NCBI GenBank assembly: GCA_048940445.1
Contig: JBHLON010000001.1
Span: 64,001 to 128,000, forward strand
Reading direction: 5' to 3'
DNA: 64,000 bases
Origin: Promethearchaeota archaeon
GTDB lineage: Archaea; Asgardarchaeota; Lokiarchaeia; Sigyniarchaeales; SOKP01
Shown here: piece after piece, positions 30,143-39,039 of the stretch
Layout of the letters: the number at the start of each line of letters is the position of its first letter
How positions within the stretch are numbered: position 1 is the first letter of the stretch
The notes under the pieces: generated by a model
Told to the model about the DNA's origin: nothing
What the model saw: the letters and a program-made list of their open reading frames with translations, nothing else
The model's database searches: none
Made by a program: the position numbers and the translations under genes

Positions 30143-31030
30143 TTAATGATCAAATTCATGAATAATTTCAGTTAAATAATTAATTAAGGAACGATAAGGT
30201 TTAAGATCTCCAGAAAATTCTTGTCTTAAAGCTTCTTCTTCAGAAATTTTATCCTTTAATTGAAGAAAAATATCTTTAATTCTATTGAAATCTCCTGAAG
30301 CTACAAAATCAAGGGAATAACCATTAATATCTTCAAATAAAATTAACTTTTTATTTCCATTCTCCGCTAAATCATAAAATTGAATTTCTTTAATATTCAT
30401 ATTTGCTCTAATTTGAGTATTCATTGCTATGGTAGCCAATCGAGCTGATAAATTTGAACTAAATAAATCAATATTTTCGTGAGTCACTTCACGACGAAGA
30501 TCATTTAAAAGAGTAGTATCATATAACTGAGAGATAATGGGCAATCCTTGAGCAGAGATACCGCAATAAATTATTTTATTTTCAATTTGAGCATAAGAAT
30601 TATCTAGCTTTTCATCTTCAAGAGGAAAACGGTACTTCTCCCATAAGTATGCTGTAATTAATTTTATAATCTTTGAAAACTCTGATTTTTTTGAATACTC
30701 ATTATATTTATTTGGATTATTGTAATTTGCGATTACCTTTTCATAAAACTCATTTAACATGTTGTCTGCAGCCTCAGAATTAGATAAAAAATCACCAGTT
30801 ATACAGTAAAACAGATTTTGGAAAGCATCATTGATTTCATGTTTAATAATCATACGTTCCCTTCCTTCCTTCCCCTCAAAAAAGATATTTTTTAGACGCC
30901 AGACATTTTTGGGATTGATACTTCGAATTAATTTCTCTACAAAAAGTACAATTTCAAAAACTGGATATTTATATTCATTCGAAATGTAGAGAATTTCATC
31001 ATCTAAAATAATAGCAAATCCAGTAATCAT
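30143..31030 (-). CDS. Putative tandem longin-like domain protein
   Basis: Two successive beta-beta-alpha-beta-beta-beta-alpha patterns (ITGFAIILDDEILY...; IIYCGISAQGLPIISQLY...). Fold inferred by eye. Confidence 0.5.
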   Translation of the reverse strand: MITGFAIILDDEILYISNEYKYPVFEIVLFVEKLIRSINPKNVWRLKNIFFEGKEGRERMIIKHEINDAFQNLFYCITGDFLSNSEAADNMLNEFYEKVIANYNNPNKYNEYSKKSEFSKIIKLITAYLWEKYRFPLEDEKLDNSYAQIENKIIYCGISAQGLPIISQLYDTTLLNDLRREVTHENIDLFSSNLSARLATIAMNTQIRANMNIKEIQFYDLAENGNKKLILFEDINGYSLDFVASGDFNRIKDIFLQLKDKISEEEALRQEFSGDLKPYRSLINYLTEIIHEFDH

Positions 31031-31288
31031 AAGAAAAATCTTAAAGTTTTAATTCTGCAATAATAATCGTATATCTACAGAAATTTAAAATTATTTAAAT
31101 TTTTAATTTATTATGATATTGGGGTAACAAACGAACTAAAGATTATGTTTTATATATCTAATAGTGAAATTTTAAGGGGTTCTTCGAGGACTCTTATAAC
31201 AATTAACTTTTAATAATTCATAATATAAATATAAAATAATTCATCTATTAGAGATGGTTTTAGTAGAGCTATTCTGTAGAATATATCA

Positions 31289-32089
31289 ATGAAATTAACG
31301 AATTTAGAGGAAAAAAAGAAAATTCAAAAAGCGGCAGCGTTATTAATTGAATCAAAAGAAGCTATTGCCTTAACAGGCGCAGGGATTTCTACAGAGTCAG
31401 GAATCCCAGATTTTAGAGGAGATGGCGGGATATGGGAAAAGTACAAGCCCGAGATTTATGGCAATATTCAAGCATTTTTAAAAAATCCAGCAAAATTTTG
31501 GGAATTAGCTCAGAAGGTTGCTCCAAACTTACTAAAAGCAGAACCTAATCCGGGTCATTATGCTTTAGCAGAACTTGAAAAGATGGATATTATAAAGGCT
31601 GTGATTACTCAAAATATTGATGAACTTCACCAAAAATCAGGTTCTGTAATAGTATATGAAGTACATGGAAATATAAATCGATTTAATTGCTTAGGTTGTA
31701 AATCATCTTACACTAAAGATCAAATAATGAGAAAGCTTAAGAAAGAAAAAAAAGGAGCGCCTTTATGTGATTATTGTGGAGCACCTTTAAAGCCTTCTGT
31801 CGTATTATTTGGGGAATCTTTACCGAATTTCGAAATATATCAATCACGAGCATTATCTAAAAAGGCAGATGTTATGTTAGTTGCAGGATCATCATTAGAA
31901 GTGGCTCCTGCGTGTGACTTACCTTTATACACATTAAGAGACGGAGGTAAATTAATTATTGTAAATGATCAACCTACACCTTTAGATAAAAGAGCTGAAA
32001 TTGTAATTCGAAATAAAACTGGAATCATTCTACCTTTAATTGTTGAGGAAGTAAAGAAAATAAAGCAAGAGAGAAAATTAAATAATTGA
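31289..32089 (+). CDS. cobB: Sir2-family NAD-dependent protein deacylase
   Basis: TGAGISTESGIPDFRG, TQNIDELH, HGN, CxxC..CxxC, VVLFGE and GSSL motifs. Confidence 0.96.
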   Translation: MKLTNLEEKKKIQKAAALLIESKEAIALTGAGISTESGIPDFRGDGGIWEKYKPEIYGNIQAFLKNPAKFWELAQKVAPNLLKAEPNPGHYALAELEKMDIIKAVITQNIDELHQKSGSVIVYEVHGNINRFNCLGCKSSYTKDQIMRKLKKEKKGAPLCDYCGAPLKPSVVLFGESLPNFEIYQSRALSKKADVMLVAGSSLEVAPACDLPLYTLRDGGKLIIVNDQPTPLDKRAEIVIRNKTGIILPLIVEEVKKIKQERKLNN

Positions 32090-32121
32090 TTTTTAGTATT
32101 TATCTATAATTTTGGATTTAT

Positions 32122-33684
32122 TTGATGAATGAACGAAACATAATTAAGAAAGATTGGAGAAATATAGATGTATCTTTTGGTTTAATATTTCCAAACCAAT
32201 ATGAATTAGGGTTATCCTCATACACAATTAGACTCCTTTATTATTTTATTAATTCTCATGAAAATTATGTTTGTGAAAGAATTTTTCTTCCAAAAAAAGT
32301 AAAATATCCTGCTTCTTTAGATTACTCTATTAAAGATATAAGAAGCATGGAGAGTAGTAGATCTCTAATCGATTTTGATATTCTAGGATTTTCTATTCAT
32401 GATGAACATGATTTTAAGAATGTATTATGGATATTAGAAAAGGCAGGCATTCCAATCTATTCAAATGAACGAAAAAGAAGCTATCCTTTATTGATTGGTG
32501 GTGGCCATGTAGTAACTTCAAATCCCCTACTGTTAAATAAAATGTTTGATCTTTTTTTTATTGGAGATTGCGAACCAAATCTCAATAATTTTTTAACCAA
32601 ATTCCTTGAGTTTAAAGCTAAAAGGACTGATTTTAACACATTTCTAAAGGGATTATCATCTATAAGGGGAATTTATATCGCTAGCTTAAAGAATAATGCA
32701 CATAGAGAGATTTTAGAGAATCTAGATAAATCACCTATTCCAATACTTCAATTGATTACTAAAAAGAAAGAGGAAAAGAAAGTATTCGAAGAAAACTTTT
32801 TTCTTGAAATAAATAGAGGTTGTCCTTTTCAATGCAAATTCTGTATATCATCATATCACAATTCTCCATTTCGTAATAGAAGTTATGAAAATATCTTAAA
32901 AACCATAGACGATGCAATTGAAAATTCTTATTTTGAAAAAATTTCTTTAATTGGCTCTTGTGTATCGTCTCATCCGAAATTTTTTGAAATTTGTGAATAT
33001 ATTGTGAATCATGGAAAGAAGTTAAGTATTCCATCAATTAGGATTGATCATATAACACCAAAATTAATTGAGATACTTGAAAAAGTCAACACAAAATCAA
33101 TTACTATCGCACCAGAAACAGCTACTGAATCTTTGAGATTTTCATTAGATAAAAAAATTTCAAATACGAAAATATTAGAAATCCTTACCCTAATTAAGGA
33201 TTCAAAAATCAGAAATATAAAATTTTATTTTTTAATTGGTTTGCCTGAAGAAACTGATGAAGATATTAACCAAATCATCGATTTATTAAAAGATGTTTCT
33301 AACTTTGGATTTGAATTTAATTCACTTAAAGTTAATATTAATCCTTTTGTACCTAAATTTAATACTCCCTTTGAGAACAAAATAGATTTCTATTTATCGC
33401 AAAATTTAAAGTTATTAATTAATAGGTTTCAAAAGATTGAACGCGGATTAAAAAAAATACCTGCAATCAAATTAAAATTTCAAAATCCAAAAGAAATCGT
33501 AAAGAATGCTAGAATCCAAACTATCTTTTCTCTTGGAGATGAGGATATGTCTCAACTATTAATCAAATATTACTCTTATGGAGCCACGCCTGGAGCATTT
33601 AGAAGATCTGAAAAAGAGCTTAAAATTACTCTAGACGATTATTTACTAAAAATAAAAGCCGGATATAAACCTTGGAATATTTAA
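32122..33684 (+). CDS. Radical SAM protein with N-terminal B12-binding-like domain
   Basis: EINRGCPFQCKFC (CxxxCxxC); FPNQYELG, CERIF, IAPET and YFLIGLPEETDED. Confidence 0.88.
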   Translation: MMNERNIIKKDWRNIDVSFGLIFPNQYELGLSSYTIRLLYYFINSHENYVCERIFLPKKVKYPASLDYSIKDIRSMESSRSLIDFDILGFSIHDEHDFKNVLWILEKAGIPIYSNERKRSYPLLIGGGHVVTSNPLLLNKMFDLFFIGDCEPNLNNFLTKFLEFKAKRTDFNTFLKGLSSIRGIYIASLKNNAHREILENLDKSPIPILQLITKKKEEKKVFEENFFLEINRGCPFQCKFCISSYHNSPFRNRSYENILKTIDDAIENSYFEKISLIGSCVSSHPKFFEICEYIVNHGKKLSIPSIRIDHITPKLIEILEKVNTKSITIAPETATESLRFSLDKKISNTKILEILTLIKDSKIRNIKFYFLIGLPEETDEDINQIIDLLKDVSNFGFEFNSLKVNINPFVPKFNTPFENKIDFYLSQNLKLLINRFQKIERGLKKIPAIKLKFQNPKEIVKNARIQTIFSLGDEDMSQLLIKYYSYGATPGAFRRSEKELKITLDDYLLKIKAGYKPWNI

Positions 33685-33699
33685 AAAAAATAAAAAAAA

Positions 33700-34200
33700 T
33701 TATACTTTTTGAAAGGCTTTTTTTGTAGCTCCGCAAACAGGACATTTGTCGGGTGGTGCTCCTTCGTGAGTATAACCACATACTGAACAAATATACATCT
33801 CTTTAACCTTCAAATCTTTTCCTTCTTCAACTAATTTTAATGCTTTTTCGTATAATTTATGATGAATTTTTTCTACTTCATTAGCATAATTAAATGACCT
33901 CTCCGCATCTTTAATTTTTTCTGCTTTGGCATAGTCGATAAATTGTGGATACATCTGAGTAAACTCATAAAATTCGCCGCTGATGGCTTCTTTTAAGTTT
34001 TCTTTTGTAGATTTAATACCACCAAGTGCTTTAAGGTGATTATGAGCGTGAACAGTTTCAGCAGCTGCAGCAGCCCTAAATAGAAGTGCCACGCCAGGAA
34101 ATCCATCTAACTCTGCTTTCTTTGCAAAAGCTAAGTATTTTCTATTTGCTTGCGACTCACCAGCAAAAGCCTCTTTCAATCCATCTTGTGATTTTGTCAT
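33700..34200 (-). CDS. rbr: Rubrerythrin
   Basis: AFAGESQANRKY, ETVHA, EKIH and a C-terminal rubredoxin-like CSVCG...CPVCG. Confidence 0.96.
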   Translation of the reverse strand: MTKSQDGLKEAFAGESQANRKYLAFAKKAELDGFPGVALLFRAAAAAETVHAHNHLKALGGIKSTKENLKEAISGEFYEFTQMYPQFIDYAKAEKIKDAERSFNYANEVEKIHHKLYEKALKLVEEGKDLKVKEMYICSVCGYTHEGAPPDKCPVCGATKKAFQKV

Positions 34201-34326
34201 ATTAGATCTTCTAATATTAGTTAATTAATTTTAAGTTTAGTACTAATATAATTTTAATTTCATTTTTATAATTCATAAATTAATTAATAACTATTTAAAA
34301 TTGTAAAAGAAATGAATATTAAAAAA

Positions 34327-35133
34327 TTAATTTAATAGTGCTCTAATTTTACTAACAATCTTATGTAAATAAAATTCAGCTATCCCAAATTTAGTTTTAG
34401 AATCAAATATCAAAATAATTAGATAATTTTCATTAAAGTATTCTGAAAAGATAAGCTCGTTGTCTTTGGAAGTATAAAACATTTTTAAAATAGAATTATT
34501 ATAGATTTTAATCCTGAAATCTATTTCTTTCAATGCCTTTTTTAATGATCTTTTGTCTTTCGTAGTAGAATAAAGTATTTTTCCTCCATTAGTCAAAAAG
34601 ATAATTTCACTAATTTCATCACTCAATTGAATAGTTTTTATATATTTGATCACTTTATCTTCTTTTTCTAAATTGTATTCCTTGCTTGAAATTTCTTTAA
34701 TAACGTGTTTTATATCATCATCTAATTGGTTATCGTAAATGTATTCTAGCTCTGTTCTAATCTGATTTTTTTTAACATATTTCATGAATTTTATATTTAT
34801 ACGGTTTATGATTCTCTTAAGTATAATCGAATTCTCGTTAATATCACATAATAGAGCATAAAAAAGTGTAGCTTTCTCAAAAATAACAAGCTTTATTCCT
34901 CCACCCATTTCCAAATTTTTTATCTTGTTTCCAATTAATTCTTTTGTAAAAGACATAAGAGCTGTAAAATAAGAAGATATTAATTGTTCTTGTTCTAATC
35001 TAAAAACATCTGTAAAATTAATTCCATAAATGCAAATTCCTGACCTATTAAAGATAAGTAAATTATGAATACTATAAATTTCCGATGATCTTTTAATTTT
35101 TGAGATAAATGGAGAGTTCTCCTGTATTGTCAT
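34327..35133 (-). CDS. Longin-like plus roadblock/LC7-like two-domain protein
   Basis: N-domain IHNLLIFNRSGICIY...EQLISSYFTALMSF (longin/sigma-adaptin-like); C-domain ISEIIFLTNGGKILYST...LIILIFDSKTKFGIA (roadblock-like). Confidence 0.55.
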   Translation of the reverse strand: MTIQENSPFISKIKRSSEIYSIHNLLIFNRSGICIYGINFTDVFRLEQEQLISSYFTALMSFTKELIGNKIKNLEMGGGIKLVIFEKATLFYALLCDINENSIILKRIINRINIKFMKYVKKNQIRTELEYIYDNQLDDDIKHVIKEISSKEYNLEKEDKVIKYIKTIQLSDEISEIIFLTNGGKILYSTTKDKRSLKKALKEIDFRIKIYNNSILKMFYTSKDNELIFSEYFNENYLIILIFDSKTKFGIAEFYLHKIVSKIRALLN

Positions 35134-35509
35134 ATCATTTCTTTAGTACTAAAATATAAAAAGCACTAACTTTTAGACACACCAATTTTTAGATAGAGCT
35201 CGAATTAATTCTAATTAAAATATTAATGGTCCGACACTCAAATAAAAAAATGTTAGAAATTATAATAATGAAACCGTTTAGGGAATTAAACTTCCATTAA
35301 TTCATTTTTTAATAGTTTCCTTTAGACTCTACCAATAGATTTTAAAAGCTTTAAAATAAACTCATCTAGAACTCAATTAAATCAGACTAATTAGCTATTT
35401 TACTGAAAAATTTGTAAATGTTTAAAATTTAATAGTATACCACGTAAAAGATTGATTTTTTTAAAGTAAGGCTAGACTGATAATATTAACCTTCTATGAT
35501 GGTTTTTCA

Positions 35510-35530
35510 ACTAAGTTTAAATATAAGCTA
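35510..35530 (+). promoter_or_regulatory. Putative TATA box of the histone gene
   Basis: TTTAAATA about 75 nt upstream of the ATG; AT-rich context lowers specificity. Confidence 0.35.
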
Positions 35531-35583
35531 AGAGAATTATATTTTAAATACAATTTATTTTAAAAACAATTTAGAATAATAAA

Positions 35584-35590
35584 AGGAGGA
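35584..35590 (+). promoter_or_regulatory. Shine-Dalgarno site of the histone gene
   Basis: AGGAGGA 7 nt before ATG 35598. Confidence 0.7.
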
Positions 35591-35597
35591 ATAAAAA

Positions 35598-35795
35598 ATG
35601 GCTAAAAAACCTGCACAAGATACTCTTTTCGTGAAAAGCAAAGTAAAGGAATACATCAAAGGTAAGGGCTGCAATACCGCATCAGAAGTCCTCGATGGAA
35701 AAAAATTGAATGCCATCTTACTTGATTTATTAGATAAGGCTGTCGAACGCGCTAAGGCAAATAATAGAAAGACTGTTCAAGAGAGAGATCTTTAA
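35598..35795 (+). CDS. Short histone-fold protein (Bd0055/DUF1931-like, truncated alpha3)
   Basis: LFVKSKVKEYIK...AVERAKANNRKTVQERDL; has the histone RKTV..RD clamp and ends right after it; strong SD. Confidence 0.85.
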   Translation: MAKKPAQDTLFVKSKVKEYIKGKGCNTASEVLDGKKLNAILLDLLDKAVERAKANNRKTVQERDL

Positions 35796-35898
35796 ACGGA
35801 ATTGGTTGATTAAGTAATTTATTAAATCAAATTTTTTTTACTTACTTATTAAAAAAAAGAAAGAAATTTAATTTTTAAGTTTAAATCAATATAATATC

Positions 35899-37227
35899 TC
35901 AGTTTTCCTCCAACATCTGCATTAGAATAGCTTCCATCATGATACCAGTTTGTACACCCACGGACATTGATTCCTCGTACTGAGTGTCATCCCATTCATC
36001 TTCTGGAATTATATAGCCTAATTCATCATTACCTAAACCAATTTGAAACTTATATGATGCAGTCATCGCTTCTCGTAGGCGAAAACCTATACTTGGTAAT
36101 ACTTCTCCTGGCATTGTAATTATTTGAGCGTTTCCAATAGTAATAAGATTTACTTCTGTGGTTATAATCCCCAAACCTGGAGAATCAACATACCAAGGTT
36201 GTTCTCTAGAAAGTATACCCATTTGTAAAGCACCAAAAAATTGCATATTTTCTAATGGGACTGAGAATGTTTCTTTTTCCACGTTAAAAGCGATTTTAGG
36301 TAGAGACTTTTTCACAGATCTATGGGGTTTCAGAGCATTAATTGTGGCTTTTGCGAGAGCATAACCTATTTCTTTTGCTTTTTCAAATGTATGTTCTTCT
36401 ACATCTGGTGTAATCATCCCTCCTAAAGCTCCATTGAAGAAGATTGCAACACCACCAAATTTCTTTTCAACTTTATTACGTAAGTACCCCACATAATCTG
36501 AAGATATGGCATAATTATCTGACCAAAGAACCTCTGGATGCCCTGCAAAATTAATTAATGTAGCTATTGTATGACCTCTCTTATCCTCTACTTTCATTAG
36601 GCTTAAGTCGGGATATACGCGTCCTGGATCTCGTGAATTTTTCATCAATCCCGGAACAGAGGCTGAAGCAAATCGAATTCTAGCCTTTTCCAAATTTTTA
36701 TATGATTGACCAATACAATCCATAATTTGATTTTTTATATATCCCATATAAGCTAAATTGACGCCCCAATCTGGGATTGGAGCGGACCAAAGTCCAAGAG
36801 TGTCAGGTCCAGAATGAGTATGAGTACATGCTATAATAATATTATTTGCATTGATACCGTATTCTGCCTCAACTTCTTTTCTTACCTCATCTACTTGATC
36901 AATAAAATAACCAATTAAATCAAGAGCTACAAGTACTATCGATTTTCCTCCATAATTTAAGATTAAACACCGAACAAAAATATCATCATGAACTGCCACT
37001 GCAGGACGATCTCCAATATCGCCAAATCCAGCAAGGAAAACAGGGTATCCATCTGGATATATAGGAACACCCTCCTCTGTAGTCATCGGAGTTATTGGTA
37101 ATGAAAATGCTCCAGCCATTAATTTCAATGTAGGTTTTTTACATGCTGTAGCTCCCACGGGAAAAGCAAAAATTGATAATCCCATGATTAAGACGAGTGT
37201 AAATACTTTTACTTTCGTTTTATTCAT
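35899..37227 (-). CDS. Secreted neutral/alkaline ceramidase-like amidohydrolase
   Basis: Signal peptide; LAGFG, HDDIFVRCL, ACTHTHSGP, NFAGHP, SSDYVG and PGE motifs; GAGGTG SD before ATG 37227. Confidence 0.75.
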   Translation of the reverse strand: MNKTKVKVFTLVLIMGLSIFAFPVGATACKKPTLKLMAGAFSLPITPMTTEEGVPIYPDGYPVFLAGFGDIGDRPAVAVHDDIFVRCLILNYGGKSIVLVALDLIGYFIDQVDEVRKEVEAEYGINANNIIIACTHTHSGPDTLGLWSAPIPDWGVNLAYMGYIKNQIMDCIGQSYKNLEKARIRFASASVPGLMKNSRDPGRVYPDLSLMKVEDKRGHTIATLINFAGHPEVLWSDNYAISSDYVGYLRNKVEKKFGGVAIFFNGALGGMITPDVEEHTFEKAKEIGYALAKATINALKPHRSVKKSLPKIAFNVEKETFSVPLENMQFFGALQMGILSREQPWYVDSPGLGIITTEVNLITIGNAQIITMPGEVLPSIGFRLREAMTASYKFQIGLGNDELGYIIPEDEWDDTQYEESMSVGVQTGIMMEAILMQMLEEN

Positions 37228-37436
37228 TTTAAAGCACCTCAATGATTAGAAGAAAAGTATTTTTCTTAAAATCATTTTAATTGAAACTTAATTAGTTTTT
37301 CTTAGATTTCTATACAATCTATGATAATTAAAAGATATAAAAATCTTACCTATATGTCAAAAAATTAAAAATTTTATACTGTATTCTCATTTAAATTACA
37401 CTTTTTATAATTTATAGTCATTACACACACAATTTA

Positions 37437-37509
37437 TAGAATAAAAAATTCTAAAACAAATCGCCTTATCCGTTAACCCTACCCTTTTTAAGTAGAATTT
37501 TTTATTCTA
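37437..37509. repeat. 17-bp perfect inverted repeat whose arms are each palindromic (TAGAAT-N5-ATTCTA)
   Basis: TAGAATAAAAAATTCTA at 37437-37453 and its exact reverse complement at 37493-37509; 39-nt spacer. Confidence 0.75.
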
Positions 37510-37557
37510 CATTCTCTCCTTTTCCTTGAATCTTTTAGAAAGAAGGATTAGATTATT

Positions 37558-38109
37558 TTAATCTTTTTTTAATTCTTTATCCACTATAAAAAAACCTATT
37601 GATAAAACACTTCTCAATCTCTGTAAATCGTCCTTTAATTTTTTTACACGTTGATAGGGCCCTGAAACGGCTAAAATCTCTAAACATTTTTCATATTCTA
37701 AATGAACATGCAGAGTAGAAATAATAATATCATTAAAATGATGTTGAATATCAGTTTTTAAGATCTCATCAGTTTGGTAAGTACTAGCATAGATAGGTCG
37801 TGAACCAAAATCATGAGTATGATGTGATTCATCGTGGTCAATCACATGAGAATGATCATGTAAATCGTGATCTTTTTCATCATCTTGGTTAGTATTTTTT
37901 TGCTCAAAATGTTTGTGTATCATGACTATTGAAATACAACCAACTACATTTCCAGAAATTATAGGAATGTTTTCTTCGGCCACCATCAAAGCTTTCATGG
38001 CTTTTCTAATAGCATCAGACCTAGATATATTGATAGCCTCTCTAAAGGTTTCAAATTCTTCATAAAGATCTCTAGGGAGAGAGACTGTGAATCGTTTATA
38101 TTCTTCCAT
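37558..38109 (-). CDS. nikR: NikR-family nickel-responsive regulator with His-rich insertion
   Basis: RHH domain (KRFTVSLP...SRSDAIRKA) and a NikR metal site QHH...HVH.....CLE; His/Asp-rich insert. Confidence 0.85.
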   Translation of the reverse strand: MEEYKRFTVSLPRDLYEEFETFREAINISRSDAIRKAMKALMVAEENIPIISGNVVGCISIVMIHKHFEQKNTNQDDEKDHDLHDHSHVIDHDESHHTHDFGSRPIYASTYQTDEILKTDIQHHFNDIIISTLHVHLEYEKCLEILAVSGPYQRVKKLKDDLQRLRSVLSIGFFIVDKELKKD

Positions 38110-38142
38110 ATTTTATAAAATATTATAATTAGATTATGTAAT

Positions 38143-38877
38143 TTATTTCTTTATAACAATCGCAATTGGAACCGATGCTTCACGCCATTGTGCTATCTTA
38201 CCTGAATATTCTAAGTCTAATTTTACACGTCCATGGTCTCCGAGGATAATCATTAAAGAGTTAGGTCTCAATTGCTTATAGTTGCTTAAAATCCATTTAT
38301 CTGTGCGAAGTATCAACTTCTCAATCAAATCTTCAGGTGTTCTTTGCTTCAAAGCCTGTTGTTGTTTATGGAGATTTTCAAAATCTAGATAGTGCATTAA
38401 AGAAATATCAAAATTATTAATAGTTTTGGCACTCTCAATCCAAGTCGCCATATCTGTTTCTTTAGGAACTGAAAGTGTTCCAGCAGCATATCGTTCCACA
38501 TCTTTTTTTCTACCAATTAAACATGACTTTTTTCCTTTTTCATTAAGATATCGTAATAGATGAAAATGGTTGGGTTCCATAGTAAAACCCCCATAAAATA
38601 TTTGGTGAAGTACTCCTAATGTATATGGATTTTTAGTAGATAACAACAACATCATTTCAGATTGGCGTATCATAAATTCGGGTTTATGATAAGTAATTTC
38701 AAAAAGACCAAAATTATCAATAATGTTAATACTAATTCTTTCAACACCGTGATAAGCCTCAATCATAGAATCTACAGGTTCTGGAATGATATCAAGGGGG
38801 GGATCAATATCAAGTAATTTTAAAAAGGTAGCCGGTAATTGGTTTAAATAGCATTTAATTGTTTGAAGTTCACTCAT
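38143..38877 (-). CDS. Compact alkaline-phosphatase-superfamily-like protein
   Basis: IIDNFG (first metal Asp), 'HYLDFENLH' and 'MIILGDHG' motifs; C-terminal VPI. Confidence 0.55.
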   Translation of the reverse strand: MSELQTIKCYLNQLPATFLKLLDIDPPLDIIPEPVDSMIEAYHGVERISINIIDNFGLFEITYHKPEFMIRQSEMMLLLSTKNPYTLGVLHQIFYGGFTMEPNHFHLLRYLNEKGKKSCLIGRKKDVERYAAGTLSVPKETDMATWIESAKTINNFDISLMHYLDFENLHKQQQALKQRTPEDLIEKLILRTDKWILSNYKQLRPNSLMIILGDHGRVKLDLEYSGKIAQWREASVPIAIVIKK

Positions 38878-39039
38878 TCTATAGTCCTAAAATTATTAGT
38901 TTAATTTAATATTATTAGTTCTTAATTATTATAATAATTATCATAAAATAATTAGAATTTATTATTTTTAGTACGAAAATTTTACACCAATTCTCAATGA
39001 GAAAAGTATTATTAAATTTCTTGAAAAGTGAATAAATGA

